A DNA stretch of 63,962 bases, filler included, from Barthelona sp. PAP020 (taxonomy: Eukaryota): assembly GCA_040182905.1 (NCBI GenBank). It is 4 parts of 4 records of this genome, joined end to end, with 100 filler letters (N's around TTAATTAATTAA, not from the genome) between each part and the next. Parts side by side here need not be neighbours in the genome. Positions count along the whole stretch, not along the records: positions 49,494 to 63,962 come from JARQWU010000300.1; 3 more parts are not named here. One strand, given 5' to 3'. The translations under genes were made by a program, and so were the position numbers. Numbering within the stretch: position 1 is the stretch's first letter; each line of letters opens with the position of its first letter. The notes beneath the pieces are model-generated. The model was not told the origin of the DNA. It was given only the letters and a program-made list of their open reading frames with translations, and did not search any database. This document shows, piece after piece, positions 62,484-63,962 of the stretch.

Positions 62484-63962
62484 ATGGTCAAAGAAATAGA
62501 AATTAAAGCTCCTCATTGGGTTGAACAAGATGATGGTCAATTAAAATGGCATTTACCTGGTACAGATTTTATTTATGGTGACCAAAGTGGTATCCCTGGT
62601 GAAGGACGTGTTAGTCCTATTTCAAGCTTTGCCAAAACTGCATTTGCTGTCCCAAACAAAGCTGCTTATCTCTACCGAAATCTTCTTGAAGATAATTCAT
62701 TTACTGATTATATTTCCATAGATTATCAAACTGCTTTTCAAATGGTAATTGAAATTGCGGAAGGATTACGTATTGTTGGAGTGAAACCTGGCGATCGTGT
62801 TGGTCTAATGTCTTGGAATCGTGTTGAATGGTCACTTTCTGATTTAGCTATTAATTATTTAGGTGCTATTAGTGTTCCTGTTTATGATACAATGACTACT
62901 GAAGGTATTATTCATGTTTTTAATGATTCTGGATTGAAAGTTATGATTATGCAACGGGAAAAGCTTGATCGTTTAACTAAATTACGTGCAAAATTGGATA
63001 GTTTGGAAACTATTATCATTATGGATCATTTGGAAGCAGATAAAAAGTGGGTTTCAGAGAATTCCGGTAAATTTGATCATACTGTCAGTTCAATCATAGC
63101 CATGGGTCACGAATTTATTGAAAAAAATAAAGAAGATGAAGAACTCTATTTTAATCCACAAGAACAGGACACAGAGGCATGTTTTTCCATTGTCTATACC
63201 AGTGGATCAACTGGCTTACCTAAAGGAGCTATGATATCTAATAAAAATATACTCCATGGTGGTCGTGCTTTGTGCACTTTACTTCCAAGTCCTCAAGAAA
63301 GTGAAAGAACTCCTGAATTTCAAGACAGTTTGTTCAGTTTTTTGCCCTCTGCACATATCTTTGCTAGAGCTCTTGAAACGGCGTTCCATTTTATTCATGG
63401 TTCTATTGGTTTTTTTACAGGATCTACGAAAACAATCACTCAAGATATTAATCTTTTGAAACCTACTGTTTTTGCTGGTGTACCCAGATTGTTTAGCAAA
63501 ATATATACAGCCATTATGGATGGTATTGCTGATAAAAATTTCTTCGTCAGAGCTTTATTCTCATCAGCATTGGACCGTAAGATTGAAAAGATTCGTATTG
63601 GTGAAACAACACCTATTTACGATTCTCTCGTATTTAAACCTTTTGTTGCTTCTAAATTTGGAGGACGAATTAGAGCCATATATAGTGGATCAGCTCCCTT
63701 ACCCAAATTTATTGCTGAATTTATGAAAGCGACTTTTTGTGCTGTATTATCAGAAGGATATGGTTGTACAGAAACCTCTGCTGCTGGTGGTGTTGGATCT
63801 ATCTTCTGCAATTATTATGGCCATATTGGATATCCACGTGGTCAAACCAAAACCAAACTTGTTGAAAGAAGTGATATGGGATATTCTTTAGACAATGAAA
63901 CACCTATGGGAGAAATATATATCGGTGGACCTGTTGTATTCATGGGATACTGGAATAATGAA
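62484..63962 (+). CDS. ACSL: Long-chain fatty acyl-CoA synthetase, 3'-truncated by window end (absent from ORF track)
   Basis: Manual translation: GVKPGDRVGLMSWNRVEW, YTSGSTGLPKG, FLPSAHIFAR, SGSAPL, EGYGCTE, GEIYIGGPVVFMGYW; alternative in-frame ATG at 62445. Confidence 0.92.
   Translation, partial: MVKEIEIKAPHWVEQDDGQLKWHLPGTDFIYGDQSGIPGEGRVSPISSFAKTAFAVPNKAAYLYRNLLEDNSFTDYISIDYQTAFQMVIEIAEGLRIVGVKPGDRVGLMSWNRVEWSLSDLAINYLGAISVPVYDTMTTEGIIHVFNDSGLKVMIMQREKLDRLTKLRAKLDSLETIIIMDHLEADKKWVSENSGKFDHTVSSIIAMGHEFIEKNKEDEELYFNPQEQDTEACFSIVYTSGSTGLPKGAMISNKNILHGGRALCTLLPSPQESERTPEFQDSLFSFLPSAHIFARALETAFHFIHGSIGFFTGSTKTITQDINLLKPTVFAGVPRLFSKIYTAIMDGIADKNFFVRALFSSALDRKIEKIRIGETTPIYDSLVFKPFVASKFGGRIRAIYSGSAPLPKFIAEFMKATFCAVLSEGYGCTETSAAGGVGSIFCNYYGHIGYPRGQTKTKLVERSDMGYSLDNETPMGEIYIGGPVVFMGYWNNE

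Noticed and set aside
1760..63811. Numerous 60-150 aa ORFs antisense to or overlapping long genes
   Set aside because: Shadow ORFs, mostly with non-ATG starts and no motifs; those at 63256-63811 overlap the acyl-CoA synthetase.
1..63962. tRNA, rRNA, CRISPR arrays, intact transposase or RT genes
   Set aside because: None recognised by eye; small or divergent ncRNAs cannot be excluded without tRNAscan-SE or Infernal.

Overview
AT-rich, gene-dense, nearly intron-free eukaryotic nuclear DNA (standard code), most likely from a flagellated protist; the tiny introns with a branch point fused to the 3' splice site resemble metamonads (inference). The window is not one locus. Three identical 100-nt spacers (N44-TTAATTAATTAA-N44) join four contigs: 1-16426, 16527-32931, 33032-49393 and 49494-end. 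The first three are 16426, 16405 and 16362 nt, consistent with size-sorted concatenation. About 34 protein genes are present: two inverted KIF6-like kinesins, CCDC57-, TUG/ASPSCR1-, CFAP36-, CAPZB-, LARP1(DM15)-, syntaxin-, TRF4-, cystatin-, calcineurin A-, tRNA isopentenyltransferase-, eS8-, ULK4-, SPFH-, BTP histone fold-, Pmp-like-, proteasome beta1-, RCC1-, metallophosphoesterase-, B-box- and long-chain acyl-CoA synthetase-like genes, plus orphans. Best leads: (1) a WD40 gene family carrying an unrecognised ~70-aa 'GGN' domain, one member fused to an atypical kinase and a HECT-like N-lobe with no catalytic lobe; (2) two 38-44 nt introns missed by the ORF track, one exactly at the proteasome Gly|Thr1 cleavage site; (3) kinesin paralogs with homogenised motors, diverged tails and a 108-nt in-frame deletion; (4) a decayed interspersed repeat family and hairpins near contig ends. 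All family calls are by-eye motif recognition, not database searches.
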